This document shows positions 1 to 13,256 of a DNA stretch of 64,000 bases, in pieces. A model generated the notes under the pieces. It was not told the DNA's origin, made no database searches, and saw only the letters and a list, made by a program, of their open reading frames with translations. Within the stretch, counting starts at the first letter, position 1. Every line of letters begins with the position of its first letter. Origin of the DNA: Eledone cirrhosa (taxonomy: Eukaryota); assembly GCA_964016885.1 (NCBI GenBank), contig OZ024757.1, positions 11,656,001 to 11,720,000 of the forward strand. Direction: 5' to 3'. A program made the translations under genes and the position numbers.

Positions 1-88
1 ATATATATACATATTTATATATATACATATATATACATATATATACATATATATATATATATATACATATATATATACATATATATAC

Positions 89-119
<31 letters not shown>

Positions 120-176
120 CATAAATTAATAAAATAATGAATAAACAAAGAAACAGTTCCTTATATTTAAAAAATT

Positions 177-316
177 CATCATTTTACGATCGTTTCTAGG
201 ATATATATGTGTTAGAGTTGGTATGCATATTCTATAGATCTATGTACAATATTTATACAAACTATCAGAGGGAATATACATACTTACACATATATATGCT
301 GTCTTCAGAAATAATG
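177..316 (-). ncRNA. Hammerhead ribozyme, family A (long stem II)
   Basis: Reverse complement of the 2284-2423 motif. Confidence 0.75.
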
Positions 317-1015
317 ATATTTGTTTATTGAAATAAACAAAGATTCAATAACATAGGTCTGTTTGGGAACAGGTTTTGAATTGACCAATAGAGAGATAGT
401 GAGGGTCAAGATAGTAATATAGTAGTAGAAGAACCTTAAATTATGGGTAGAGGAAGGTAGATTTCAGTTTTGGATGGAAAAGAATATTATGAATGAAGGA
501 TTATTTTAGGGAGGAAATAGGTCTTATGCTGACCTCAGAAATAATTTTATTTGTTCATTGAATAAAACCAACAAAGATCTAATATATTCTGTCTGTTTGG
601 TAAGAGGTTTAGAATTAACCAATAGAAAGTTAATAATTGGCCAAATGGTAAAATAGTAGTAATTGAAGCTTATTTTAGGGGTGAAAATAGGTCAGGTGGT
701 CAGTAAAAGGTATACAAGCAGTTGCTGTTATAAAATAGTAATGCCAATAGAAATATCTAAGGTGACTAAAGTTTTACGATAAGAATGTTAGTGAAAAAAA
801 TACATCTATGAAAAGAATATAAATTAATTTAATTGATGGGTATATTTATATTGATAAAAATTATACTAATACATATAGATATGATAAATAAGAGTTAGAT
901 GCAGTTGAAAAGTGCTGTTAAAGATGAGGGGAAATTAAAAGAGTATAAAAATAATATATATATATACTTATATATATATATATATATACATATATATACA
1001 CATACACACACATAT

Positions 1016-1102
<87 letters not shown>

Positions 1103-1514
1103 CATGCATATATACATACATATGTATATATACACACATACACACTTACATATACATATAATTATTGGGGGGGGGGGGAATTAAATTTATTAGTGAGAAA
1201 TAATAAATATATATAGTTTTCAAGGAACATAGAGTCATAACCTGAAGTTAAAGCATTATATATGTTTACTTAATGGTATCAGTTTTAGGAAATGATAGTT
1301 GTAAGAAGGAAAGCAAAGTTATGTAGTTCATCAGTAGTAGAATATTAATTATAGGTTAACTAAATTAAAAATAGTTTACATATTAATTTCTAAAGTGTAT
1401 ATTAATTAGGTTTATAATGTTTAAAGCAGAATTATGTAGTTCATCAGTAGTAGAATATTAATTATAGGTTAACTAAATTAATAATAGTTTATATATTAAT
1501 TTCTAAAGTGTATA

Positions 1515-2200
1515 TTAATTAGGTTTATAATATTTAAAGGTTTTTCTCAGTTTATGATTACACGATATTATTAATTCCTGTCGCTTATTTAATAGGATAT
1601 CCTTAGATTTCATTATTTCAAAAAGTTCTTGGGAACATAATCTACATTCATATCTACTATTTTGATAAGGGGTGGCCCTTTTGAGCACACTCAAGGTCAG
1701 GTCATAATCTATATTCCTCTTTCTATAACTATTAATTATTTCAGCTAGAGATGTTGTATTAGCTAGTGCGGCATTTTTAAAACTATGTTTGTGGGTATTA
1801 AATCTTACCTTAAATTTGTTAGAAGTAGCTCCTATATATGAATAAATTGAGTCCTTAGTGTTAACTTTACATTTATATACTATGGTATTAACAAGGCAAT
1901 TTCCTTTTAATGGACAGTTTGCCTTGTTTCTACAGTTACAACTTTTCGTGAATCCTGTATCTGAGGAGATATTATGGTTAGTTTGATGTACTGGTGGTAT
2001 ACTCATGGTTTTTTTACATTTATATGCATTATAGGCACTTATATTTTGTTTTGTGTTTTTGGTTGTTGAGTAGGAGAATTTAACCGTTGATCTATTTAAG
2101 ATTTGATGGTATTTGTGGTTTGGCGGGAATTTTTCTCTAGGAAATTAAAGAATTTTTTAGGTATATTATCCTTAATTTGTAAATTAAATGGAGCATTATA
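1515..2200 (-). pseudogene. PLE C-terminal GIY-YIG endonuclease fragment
   Basis: CNCRNKANCPLKGNC linker, IVYKC...YIGAT, RFNTHKHSF, CRLC..E, LN.R.E...CNH; frameshifted upstream of 2006. Confidence 0.9.
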
Positions 2201-2283
2201 CTATTATACTATTGGTCAATTCAAAACCTGTTCCCAAACAGACCTATGTTATTGAATCTTTGTTTTTTTCAATAAACAAATAT

Positions 2284-2423
2284 CATTATTTCTGAAGACA
2301 GCATATATATGTGTAGGTATGTATATTCCCTCTGATAGTTTGTATAAATATTGTACATAGATCTATAGAATATGCATACCAACTCTAACACATATATATC
2401 CTAGAAACGATCGTAAAATGATG
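2284..2423 (+). ncRNA. Hammerhead ribozyme, family A (long stem II)
   Basis: Stem I CAUUAUUU/AAAUGAUG, CUGAAGA 2292-2298, ~105-nt stem II (AUAUAUAUGUGU/ACACAUAUAUAU; GGUAUGUAUAUUC/GAAUAUGCAUACC), GAAAC-GAUC-GUA with palindromic stem III. Confidence 0.75.
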
Positions 2424-3761
2424 AATTCTTTTAATATAAGGAACTGTTTCTTTGTTTATTCATTATTTTATTAATTTATCTTGACTCTGTTTTCCGTTTA
2501 TTTTTCACCGAAAGTAGTTTTTCAATGCATCTTCTCTTTTCATGATATCCGGATTACATTGAGTTCTTCATACGGATTGGACACTACCGTAAACCTTTGG
2601 TAGATTTATCTACATATATATACATATATATATATATACATACATATATATATACATATATATATATACATATATATATATTTACATATATATATATACA
2701 TATATATATACATATACATATATATACATATATATATATACATAAATATATATATACATATATATATACATATATATATAAACATATATATATATATACA
2801 TATATATATACATATACATATATATACATATATATATATACATATATATATATATACATATACATATATATACATATACATATATATAAACATATACATA
2901 TATATACATATATATATATATATACATATATATACATATACATATATATATACATATACATATATATACATATATATATATACATATATATATATATACA
3001 TATATATACATATATATATGTACATATATATATATACATATATATATACGGGTAACAAATAATAGTTAAATGCAGTCCACTTAGGTACAGTCCAGTTATG
3101 GTATTCCAGGTAGTGATTGATATCAACGCTTGGCTTGGTTTGACTCAACAAGGTGTTTTCATAGTGATGCTGCGGGTATGCTGTAATTCCTATGTTGTAA
3201 ACACTTGGAGTAATAATAAATCAGGAAAGAAGGTTGACATGGTTTGCTAGACCAAAAATGTTTTTAATCTCATAGCTGACAATTGTTTCTCTGAACTGGT
3301 AGGTCTAGAGATCGCTAATCGCTTATTTTCACGTTACTCGATCGCCAATACAAAATTATAACCAGTCAGTTCTTCGTAGCATGCGAGAATGAACAGAATA
3401 CACAGGCAAGAAAAGAATATACAGGCTACTATATGAAGTAGTAATGGCATTCAGTTAGAACAATAACAACAATAACAACAATGCTATTAATAAATTATTT
3501 GAGGAGACCCTGACATTACTTAGGTGGGGGGTATAGTGTATCTAAGATTTCGGCGTGTAACACTAGCTGTCATGAGGCAAAAGTAAAAGTTTGGCATGTA
3601 CAGAGTATCGAAGTGTGTATCAATTTTAAATTATAAAGATAAGCCAGTGTTTACAGTCTTTCTTTTCATCTTCAATAACATACATGAGTGGGACAACACT
3701 GTCAAAGCTAAATAGTTGTTCAGTTAATACAGAGGTTAAGGAGGTAATATACGCATATATT

Positions 3762-3882
<121 letters not shown>

Positions 3883-4195
3883 GCATGTGTACATAGACAC
3901 ATACATACACATCAATATACACTCGTACAAAAATATACATACATGCAAAGAGATAAGCGTGCTAATTGTAATTATGGCAAAAGGAAGGTAAAGTTACATT
4001 GTAGTAGTGATTTGAGAAAAACTAGGATTTGGGATCAAATGATGGCAGCAGCTGAGAAGGAATAAGTTTGTGGGTTGATGAGGTACTTACAGACATGTGT
4101 GTGGTATAGAATTGTGAAGGCTAGAGTATACTTAATGAATATATTTCTGTGGGTAGTAGGTATCCTAATTTAAAGCTATGTTGTGTTGGTTCGAT

Positions 4196-4686
4196 TCACG
4201 GAGGTTTGAATCTTATGAATTTAGTGGCAATTCTATGTCTGCAGAAGATAGATCTTTCTAACTTATTGTTAAGTAGCCTTTTTACATTTTTGAGGATATA
4301 CATTAGCTCAAGATCACATAGCCCGCAGTGGGACATACCTGTACTATAGGTTTTAGCAGCCGACAACTTCGACCAGTTAACACTGTAGTTAGTGCTGCTG
4401 TCCTTCAGTTCCGATATTTTTTTGGCGAGGGTTGTGGAACCCATAAGTGCACGGTTTTTCATTGAGTGCCTGTGCACATACCATCTTTTTTTAAAAGAAC
4501 CCGCGGTGGATCCTATGTAATTCCAGGTGGAGTTACCCGAGATGACCGTGCACATGTACACTAGGCTCGAATCGAGACATCTGTTCGCCAATGGGCACCT
4601 ATCTGGTAGGTGACAGTTACAGTTTGAGGCGCTATTTTGTGCAGCTTTTACATTCCTGTTTAGTACTCTGTTATAAGTGGGTTGTG
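4196..4686 (-). pseudogene. PLE family F GIY-YIG endonuclease fragment
   Basis: [20 protein letters not shown]...[21 protein letters not shown]; truncated at a TA tract. Confidence 0.9.
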
Positions 4687-4689
4687 ATA

Positions 4690-4811
<122 letters not shown>

Positions 4812-4928
4812 CATATATATATATATATACATATATATATACATATATATATATACATATACAATTATTATTATTTTTATATGAGTCCCCGGTGTACGCG
4901 CATTGCCTGGAGACTGAGCTGAGAATAG

Positions 4929-5010
4929 ACTCCCTGATGACGCAATGAATTCTCGACAGTTAGATTACGTAACTGTCTTTATCCCATTGCAGAAACTAAT
5001 TAGTTGGAGT
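4929..5010 (+). ncRNA. Hammerhead ribozyme in a diverged fragment (4862-5077) of the 520-bp retrozyme-like family
   Basis: ACUCC-CUGAUGA-C-GCAAUG...CAUUGC-A-GAAAC-UAAUUA-GUU-GGAGU; flanks homologous to 8165-8360. Confidence 0.8.
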
Positions 5011-5161
5011 GAAAATTTAAGTAAGTTAATTTTTTTTTAATTTTTTTTTTTTTAATTTTCTTATTTTACGTCTTTTATATATATACATATATATATATAT
5101 ATACATATATATTTAAGAGAGTAAAACAAAGAAGCCTTCAATACATCAAAAGTCTTTATTA

Positions 5162-5199
5162 GCCGACAATGTTTCGTCCTATTGAGGACTCATCAGGGC
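5162..5199 (-). ncRNA. Minimal type I hammerhead ribozyme (AT-rich non-coding element ~5110-6050)
   Basis: GCC-CUGAUGA-GUCCU-CAAU-AGGAC-GAAAC-AUU-GUC-GGC, canonical core. Confidence 0.85.
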
Positions 5200-6059
5200 A
5201 ATTAAAACAACAAGAAGTAATATCGGCAGATACAAGCCGGAAGCTCCGAAGAATATGGAGTGTACATACACTAAAGTATTGCAAAAATATATAATAAAAA
5301 TAATAAAAATATATAATAAAAATTACTAAGGATGTATATAACATTAAGAACCATATTACAAATATAGTCCAAAGCAAAAAAAAACTAGAGCTAAACAAAG
5401 GTGGTTATATATAGCAGGAATTATATATAATACAATGTAACATAATATAATATAATATAATATACCTTTACCAACATTAAAATTACAATAAAAATCAAAA
5501 GGTACAATATGCATATGTATATATGTGCACACACGTACACACACATACACATACAACAATACACACATCCATCTTCAACTGCACAAATTAAATCATATTA
5601 AGAATTTGAATATAAAAATAAGCATGATAGAAATGAAAATAATAGTAATAATATTACTAATACGTCTACCCAATATACATGAGGTAATAATATGATATAA
5701 TTATAAGTAGCACATATAATAAATAATAAATAATACAGTTATATACTATATAATACAATATAATAGGATAGATAATCTCCGGTTAATTTACACAAACAAT
5801 ATAGATGTCACAATAATAATATAATAATAATATATTAACATTTACAATATACAATATACTAACATTTATAATAAACAATATAAAGGTACTCAAATTAACA
5901 AATCAATTCATACTGGGTTACAGAGTAGGTGAGGAAAAATAAATTGTACAATACCTCAAAAAAATGTTGATGGTACAAAAGTTCAAACATCTTACATGAT
6001 ATATAAAGTTTAACATATCATAATGTTACATATAATTAACGGTAAGTAATAATATATAC

Positions 6060-6090
<31 letters not shown>

Positions 6091-6355
6091 CATATATACA
6101 TATATACATATATACATATATACATATACACATATATACATATATATACATATATATATATATACATATATACATATATATATATACATATATATATATA
6201 CATATATATACATATATATATACATATGTACATATATATATACATATATATATACATATATATATACATATATACATATATATATATATACATATAAACA
6301 TATATATATATATACACATATATATATATACATATATATATATATACATTATATA

Positions 6356-7525
6356 TCTATCTATCTATCTAAGGCGGGTAAAATTCCTGAGTTCCATGGA
6401 CGAGTTCTCTCCAGCGGTCTCTGTCCCTCATTATCGCTGCCATATCCTGCATCTCCAACAGACCAGTGTCTGTCCTTAGGGCATCAACATATGTTAACCT
6501 TGGTCTTCCTCTTCTAGTGTGTCCATGTAGGGGCTCCCAAAGGAGCACTGAGTGCAATGTCACCTCTGGATGTCGGTGAGCATGTCCAGCCAACCTCAGT
6601 CTCCTCTGTGTCACTTTTGAGCTGACTTTTGGGATGCTCCCATACAGCTCTGAGTTTTTCATCCTCAGTGTATACTGATTAATGTTCAGAGCCATCCTCA
6701 GCATTCTCGTGTAGCACCCATCCACCATCTGAGTGAGTCTCTTGGTCAGTGTCCAAGTCTCAGACCCACACAGCAGCACAGACATGAAGAGGCGGATTTT
6801 CAGGTCTCTACGAAGGTCCGACTTCCACACCGATCTCAAGCTGTGACACGCCGCCCAGGCCTTGCTCTTCCTCTCAACCACATCATCTTCCGTATTCCCA
6901 ATCTTTGCTCCCAAATACAGGAAGTCCTCAACCAATTCCAGCGGCTTCCCGCCTACATTAGTGATCCCCTCTGGCTTCTCAACATTCTCTACCAGATATT
7001 TTGTTTTAGTCTCATTCATTCTCAGCCCCACACTCATCGACACAGTCTCAACCTCCCGCATCAAATCCTCTGCCTCCTTCACTGTATTTGTCACCAAAAC
7101 TATGTCGTCGGCAAATTCAGCATCCGATACCTTTTTCGCCCCAACTCTCCTGCTCTGAGCCGGTGCTACAGTAAAGCCAGAGTCCTGGTGTTTCTCCAGT
7201 GCAAGGCGCATACAATAGTCCACTACGATGATAAAAAGGTAGGGAGCCAATGTATCTCCCTGGAGCACTCCAGCCAGTATCTCAAAGAACTCTGTCATCC
7301 CATCAGGTGTAATGACTTGGGCTTTGGTGTTGGTGTAGAGCAGTGATATCAGGTCCACTATCCTCTTGGGGATTCCATAAGCCTGTAAGATCTTCATCAG
7401 GCAGTAACGGTTCACATAATCAAAGGCCTTCCTAAAGTCAATGAAAACCATGACCGCAGGAAGGCACTTTGCTCTAGCTCCCTCTAATATCCTCCTCAGC
7501 ATCAGGATGTGACTGGTGGTTGAAC
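6356..7525 (-). mobile_element. RTE-clade LINE family 2, 5'-truncated (RT C-terminal half)
   Basis: ORF 6369-7502: FIDFRKAFD, GVLQGDTLAPYLF, FADD, FLYLG, GSETWTL; (TAGA)n 3' tail. Confidence 0.9.
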
Positions 7526-8223
7526 ATTATATATATATATACATATATATATACATTATATATATATACATATATATATTCATATATATATATATATAAA
7601 GAATTAGTATATCTAGTAACATATATATACACAGATGCATACCTATGCTAGCAAATATATAGGTTTTGTCTTAGTAACTTGGTGGTTCAATGCATGGGGT
7701 TGCAGAACAATAATATGAGAGACGTAAAGTAAGAAAATTATAAAATTAACTCACTTACTAAAATTTCACTCCCAACTAATTAGTTTCTGAAAGGGAATAA
7801 ACATACTTTCCGAAGAAGTGTACAGAGAAGCCTTTCGTGTACAGAGAAGTCTATTCTGCATTAAACCACAAAGTTACTAAGACAAAACCTATATATTTGC
7901 TAGCATAGGTATGCATCTGTGTATATATATATGTTACTAGATATACTAATTCTTTATAATTATCTCCAAATTATTTGTCGAGCAAAAAATTGGCCAAAAC
8001 TGCTGCTATAGTAGCAGTCAGGCTGCTGTCTTCTTAACAAACCACTTTCCACTGATTGACCTCGATGTCACGTGATTGATTATTTTGAATTTGCCACCGA
8101 CGCAGTAGGCAATGATATCAATGACTAGGAATTTAGTCACGCTTTGCTTTCTTCCATCCACTGAATTATTTTTGTATAAGTTCCCTGTGTCCACGTATTG
8201 CCTGAAAACCTAGCTGAGAATAG

Positions 8224-8306
8224 ACTTCCCTGATGACGAAAGGCTTCTCTGTACACTTCTTCGGAAAGTATGTTTATTCCCTTTTAGAAACTAATTAGTT
8301 GGGAGT
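8224..8306 (+). ncRNA. Hammerhead ribozyme (retrozyme unit 1)
   Basis: ACUUCC-CUGAUGA-C-GAAAGG...CCUUUU-A-GAAAC-UAAUUA-GUU-GGGAGU. Confidence 0.8.
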
Positions 8307-8743
8307 GAAATTTTAGTAAGTAAGTTAATTTTATAATTTTCTTATTTTCCGTCTCTCATATTATTGTTCTGCAACCCCATGCATTGAACCACAAAGTTAC
8401 TAAGACAAAACCTGTATATTTGCTAGCATAAGTATGCATCTGTGTATATATATATTACTAGATATACTAATTCTTTATAATTATCTCCAAATTATTTGTC
8501 GAGTAACAAATTGGCCAAAACTGCTGCTATAGTAGTAGTCAGGCTGCTGTCTTCTTAACAAACCATTTTCCACTGATTGACCTCGATGTCACGTGATTGA
8601 TTCTTTTGAATTTGCCACCGACGCAGTAGGCAGTGATTTTCTCAATGGCTAGGAATTTAGTCCACGCTTTGCTTTCTTCCATCCACTGAATTATTTTTGT
8701 ATAAGTTCCCTGTGTCCACGTATTGCCTGGAAACTGAGAATAG

Positions 8744-8826
8744 ACTTCCCTGATGACGAAAGGCTTCTCTGTACACTTCTTCGGAAAGTATGTTTATTCT
8801 CTTTCAGAAACTAATTAGTTGGGAGT
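8744..8826 (+). ncRNA. Hammerhead ribozyme (retrozyme unit 2)
   Basis: Same motif 520 nt downstream. Confidence 0.8.
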
Positions 8827-8897
8827 GAAATTTTAGTAAGTAAGTTAATTTTATAATTTTCTTATTTTACGTCTCTCATATATATATATATATATAT

Positions 8898-8951
<54 letters not shown>

Positions 8952-9028
8952 TATATATATATACATTATATATATACATTATATATATATATATATATAC
9001 ATATATATATACATATATATAGATATAC

Positions 9029-9059
<31 letters not shown>

Positions 9060-9276
9060 CATATTCATATATATACATGTATATATATTTATACATATAC
9101 ATATATATACATATACATATACATATATATATACATATACATATATATATACATATATATATATATACATATACATATATATACCTATACATATATATAT
9201 ACATATACATATATATACATATATATATATACATATATATATATATACATATATATATATACATATATGTATGTAC

Positions 9277-9309
<33 letters not shown>

Positions 9310-9405
9310 CATAACGAAGGAAATGTGGTAAGGAACCAGGTGGACCATAACGCACCAAAGTACTCAATACTTGAGGTAGTAGAGTGGGTAATAGGAACCA
9401 GTAAG

Positions 9406-9499
9406 ACCCCGACAGCTGAGCTCAAGCTGTTTCGACGGCTAATTCTGGACTAAATGAAAATTTATCCTGGTATTTAAATAGCCGATCTTCTCAAGGGGT
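9406..9499 (-). ncRNA. Hammerhead ribozyme, U3-A8 core variant (family B, inverted arm)
   Basis: Reverse complement of 11821-11914. Confidence 0.7.
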
Positions 9500-10011
9500 A
9501 ATTCCATATATGGTCAAAGTGATTGTCAAAAATCAGTAGTAATTCTGTGGTTGCAAATTAGTAGGGGAGATGGTGGCTAAACCTGCCAGTAGGAGAAAGA
9601 GGGGAGGGGGTGGAGTAGACCCAATCAAGCGTTGGTAGTGCCAGCTACAGCTGGGCATGAGGTCAAAGAAGATACAGGGGAGGGGGAGGGGGAGGAAGTC
9701 GGAACGGTAGGTAGAACAATGGGGGGTAGAAATAGGAAAGAAAAAATACTGAGAGTGAAGAAAAGCAAATAAGTGTAAAGAAAAAAGTAAAGTAAATTAA
9801 ATTCTACGACCTAGGTGTCAGGCTATTGTTAGGCGAGAATAAAATAAAGAAAGAAAGAAAGAAGTAAATAAATACATAAATAAATAAATAAGGAAATAAG
9901 TAAGAGAACTAGGTGGGACGGATAAGGCAAGGACCCTTTTAAGAGGTATAAGTACGTAAATGATACGGTGACGGGTCAACAAAAGGGGCCAAAATACTAA
10001 AGAGACTACCA

Positions 10012-10709
10012 ATAGAATAGTTTCCCGATGGTTCAATCCTCCCCACAACGCAGAGGTGACTACTCCCATCGGGAAACTATTCTTTAGGCTCATTGAAAAA
10101 CACTTCCCATTACAACACCGCTACCACAACATAATTAACAAAAATACCATCAAACTCTCTTACAGCACTACACCAAACTTCGCACAAAACATCGTCTCCT
10201 CTAACAACAAAAAACTCAACCCCGATGGCAGAAATAACCTAATTAGCAGTGGAGAACCGACCAGGAGGTGTAACTGCCCGGATAGATCTATTTGCCCACT
10301 CGACAATAGATGCAGAGACCGTAATGTGATCTACCAGTGCAACGTGAGGACGGATACCTCCAACAAAGCCTATATAGGACTTACCGCATGTGACTTCAAG
10401 ACCCGGCTATACCAACATAGACATACCTTCCGAAACCCGGCCCGGCGTCACGCCACTACACTTTCGGGCCACATATGGGACCTCAAGGACAACAACATCA
10501 CCTATGATCTCACTTGGAGATTACTGTCCAGAGCCAATTCTTACACGGGAGGACGCCGTCCGTGCAATTTATGCTCGGAGGAAACTTTACAAATGCTGTT
10601 TTCGACGGACCAACTCCTAAACAAGAAAGATGAACTGGTTACTGCATGTAAACATAGATTGCGTAGGATTTACCTCGCCCTCAAACCCCATAATGACCCG
10701 GGGGGGTAG
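10012..10709 (+). pseudogene. PLE thumb/linker + GIY-YIG endonuclease fragment
   Basis: WFNPP, IKLSYS, CNCPDRSICPLDNRC, VIYQC...YIGLT, RLYQHRHTF, TTLSGHIW, CNLC..E, CKH. Confidence 0.9.
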
Positions 10710-11424
10710 ACTAGGGCTATAACACCCCAGTTGCCGATTTTGCAATGGGTAACCCCTGCTTGCCAAGGAAGACGTAAGATCTTCTTTGTATTCTTTTATC
10801 GCTTCCTTTATTTCCTTCCCCCCTCTCTCCTTTGTCCTTCTACCCCAGCTCTTCTCCTTTGTCGGCGTCTTTTCTCGCCCACCCGAGGCTGCCCTTTGGC
10901 CCCATGTAGCCTTAGTACCCCCCCCCCCCCCCTCCCCTAGTCTTTGATAGATTTGGCGGACTCCGCCCTTTATAGCAGTTGGCTTAGACCCCGGATATTT
11001 TCCCCCTTTTTCCGACCGCTCCCACTATTCTCTGTGCCCTCTATATTTCTTAGTGGCACATGCCTTATTTTTTCGTTTCAGTATTTCTTGCTTCGCTTTT
11101 CTTCTGGGCGGGGTGGATTCTGAATTTATTTCTCCGTATTCTACCTTTATTTCGTACGAACTTTCATGTAGCTTGTTTTAGATCTTTTAGAGTTAGCATT
11201 AGTATATATTTTTCTCGGGACTCAGAATTATTATCTCGTACAAGTTCACTTTGCTGCACTGGGTCGTTGCTGGCTCGGGATGGAAACCTTTATTGTTTAT
11301 TTCGTGGTAGTCTCTTTAGTATTTTGGCCCCTTTTGTTGACCCGTCACCGTATCATTTACGTACTTATACCTCTTAAAAGGGTCCTTGCCTTATCCGTCC
11401 CACCTAGTTCTCTTACTTATTTCC

Positions 11425-11455
<31 letters not shown>

Positions 11456-11820
11456 CTTCTTTCTTTCTTTATTTATTTTATTCTCGCCTAACAATAGCCT
11501 GACACCTAGGTCGTAGAATTTAATTTACTTTACTTTTTTCTTTACACTTATTTGCTTTTCTTCACTCTCAGTATTTTTTCTTTCCTATTTCTACCCCCCA
11601 TTGTTCTACCTACCGTTCCGACTTCCTCCCCCTCCCCCTCCCCTGTATCTTCTTTGACCTCATGCCCAGCTGTAGCTGGCACTACCAACGCTTGATTGGG
11701 TCTACTCCACCCCCTCCCCTCTTTCTCCTACTGGCAGGTTTAGCCACCATCTCCCCTACTAATTTGCAACCACAGAATTACTACTGATTTTTGACAATCA
11801 CTTTGACCATATATGGAATT

Positions 11821-11914
11821 ACCCCTTGAGAAGATCGGCTATTTAAATACCAGGATAAATTTTCATTTAGTCCAGAATTAGCCGTCGAAACGGCTTGAGC
11901 TCAGCTGTCGGGGT
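11821..11914 (+). ncRNA. Hammerhead ribozyme, U3-A8 core variant (family B)
   Basis: ACCCC-UUGAGAA-GAUCGGCUA...UAGCCGUC-GAAAC-GGCU...AGCU-GUC-GGGGU. Confidence 0.7.
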
Positions 11915-11937
11915 CTTACTGGTTCCTATATATATAC

Positions 11938-12117
<180 letters not shown>

Positions 12118-12737
12118 CATAATAGTGACCATTCACAGCCCTTACGGCCTGCTATTTTCACACACACGCACGTATATGCATACCCATACGCATACACACA
12201 CACATCTATATTTATAAACGCACACATGTTTTTACAACCTACCACCTTTCACACCCTTTGATTTCCAGCTTCTACAGCCCACTATCTCTCACACACACAC
12301 GCACTCACACATATACACACTTACACATATACACACACAGTTACACACACATATATACCCATACGCATACACACACACATCTATATTTATACACGCACAC
12401 ATGTTTTACAACCTACCACCTTTCACACCCTTTGATTTCCAGCTTCTACAGCCCACTATCTTTCACACACACACACACTCACACATATACACACTTACAC
12501 ATATACACACACACAGTTACACACACATATATATTTACACACACATATTTTACGGCTTTCACACGCTAGCGCACCCTCTTGATTTAACCCATTTGGTCAG
12601 TAGCTTTTGCCACAGCCTAGCACGCGCGCGCGCATTCTTTCCCTCATTTAAATTTTCTCCCCATAACGGCATTCCTGTTTTAACGACATCACAACTTTCT
12701 CCGGCTTAGCCTGTTCCCCCCCCCCTTTTTGGAACTT

Positions 12738-12773
12738 TCCCCCGTTGATGGGCGTGAGCCCGAAATATTGGGA
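12738..12773 (+). ncRNA. Degenerate hammerhead-like motif
   Basis: UCCC-CCGUUGA-U-GGGC-GUGA-GCCC-GAAA-UAUU-GGGA; two core mismatches; lies in non-coding element 12125-12930 that has a ~175-bp tandem duplication. Confidence 0.45.
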
Positions 12774-13029
12774 TTAAATCTCCACTACGGTAACCCTTCT
12801 ACCTTTGTTTTGTTTTCATCTTTGTCTCTCTCAATTTTCACTTTCTCCTATTTCTCCTATCTATCATTCACTTCCTACCTCGAGATTTCCCATCTGCATT
12901 GTTGTGGCTTTCTAAACTCCGTATTTTATACATATATACATATATAGATATATACATATATACATATATACATATATACATATATATATATACATATATA
13001 TATATACATATATATATATACATATATAC

Positions 13030-13059
<30 letters not shown>

Positions 13060-13060
<1 letters not shown>

Positions 13061-13256
13061 GTAATAATAATAAATTTGAAGACTAAAATCCAAAGAGGGC
13101 TCAATAAGGATAAATATATATCAAATATATAAGAACCGTAGAGCAAATATTTATTAAAATAACAGATTAAAGTTTAAGCAAAGTTTCAGCAGATCCCGTT
13201 AAGGGTGAAAGCAGCGATTCTTTGCTTAAACTTTAATCTGTTATTTTAATAAATAT
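13060..13256. repeat. Mini fold-back element family I (also 15906-16043, 30486-30564, 50583-50670)
   Basis: TTTATTAAAATAACAGATTAAAGTTTAAGCAAAG in both orientations plus a one-sided extension; four related copies in TA tracts. Confidence 0.75.

Larger units (their letters stand above)
121..2613 (-). mobile_element. Penelope-like element family A, copy 1 (5'-truncated fold-back)
   Basis: GIY-YIG remnant on minus strand; arm 121-391 is inverted at 2209-2479, then a ~134-bp extension; (TA)n on both sides; homologous to 35092-38113 and 41833-43385. Confidence 0.9.
7598..8879 (+). mobile_element. Non-coding HHR-containing 520-bp tandem repeat (retrozyme-like) with inverted left arm
   Basis: About two head-to-tail units 7861-8879; HHR cores at 8230 and 8750; 7598-7858 is an inverted copy spanning the unit junction; no ORF; TA flanks. 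Confidence 0.85.
9312..11927 (+). mobile_element. Penelope-like element family B (fold-back)
   Basis: GIY-YIG ORF remnant; arm 9392-10011 is the reverse complement of ~11306-11927; ~80-bp extra extension 9312-9391; TA flanks. Confidence 0.9.

Noticed and set aside
2480-2613. Post-HHR extensions as start of the PLE ORF (YG-containing frames in A and B)
   Set aside because: Reading frame is not consistent between A copies and there is no clear ATG; left as unsupported.
3530-3590. CUCAUGA...GAAAU-CUUAG-AUA on minus strand
   Set aside because: G5 mutated and no stem I pairing.
7765-7858. Third HHR of the 520-bp family in the inverted arm
   Set aside because: CUGAUGA core is overwritten by a local duplication (CUGUACA); not counted as functional.
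12177-12530. CRISPR-like or prokaryotic repeat arrays
   Set aside because: Only simple two-unit duplications; no repeat-spacer array or prokaryotic gene content anywhere in the window.
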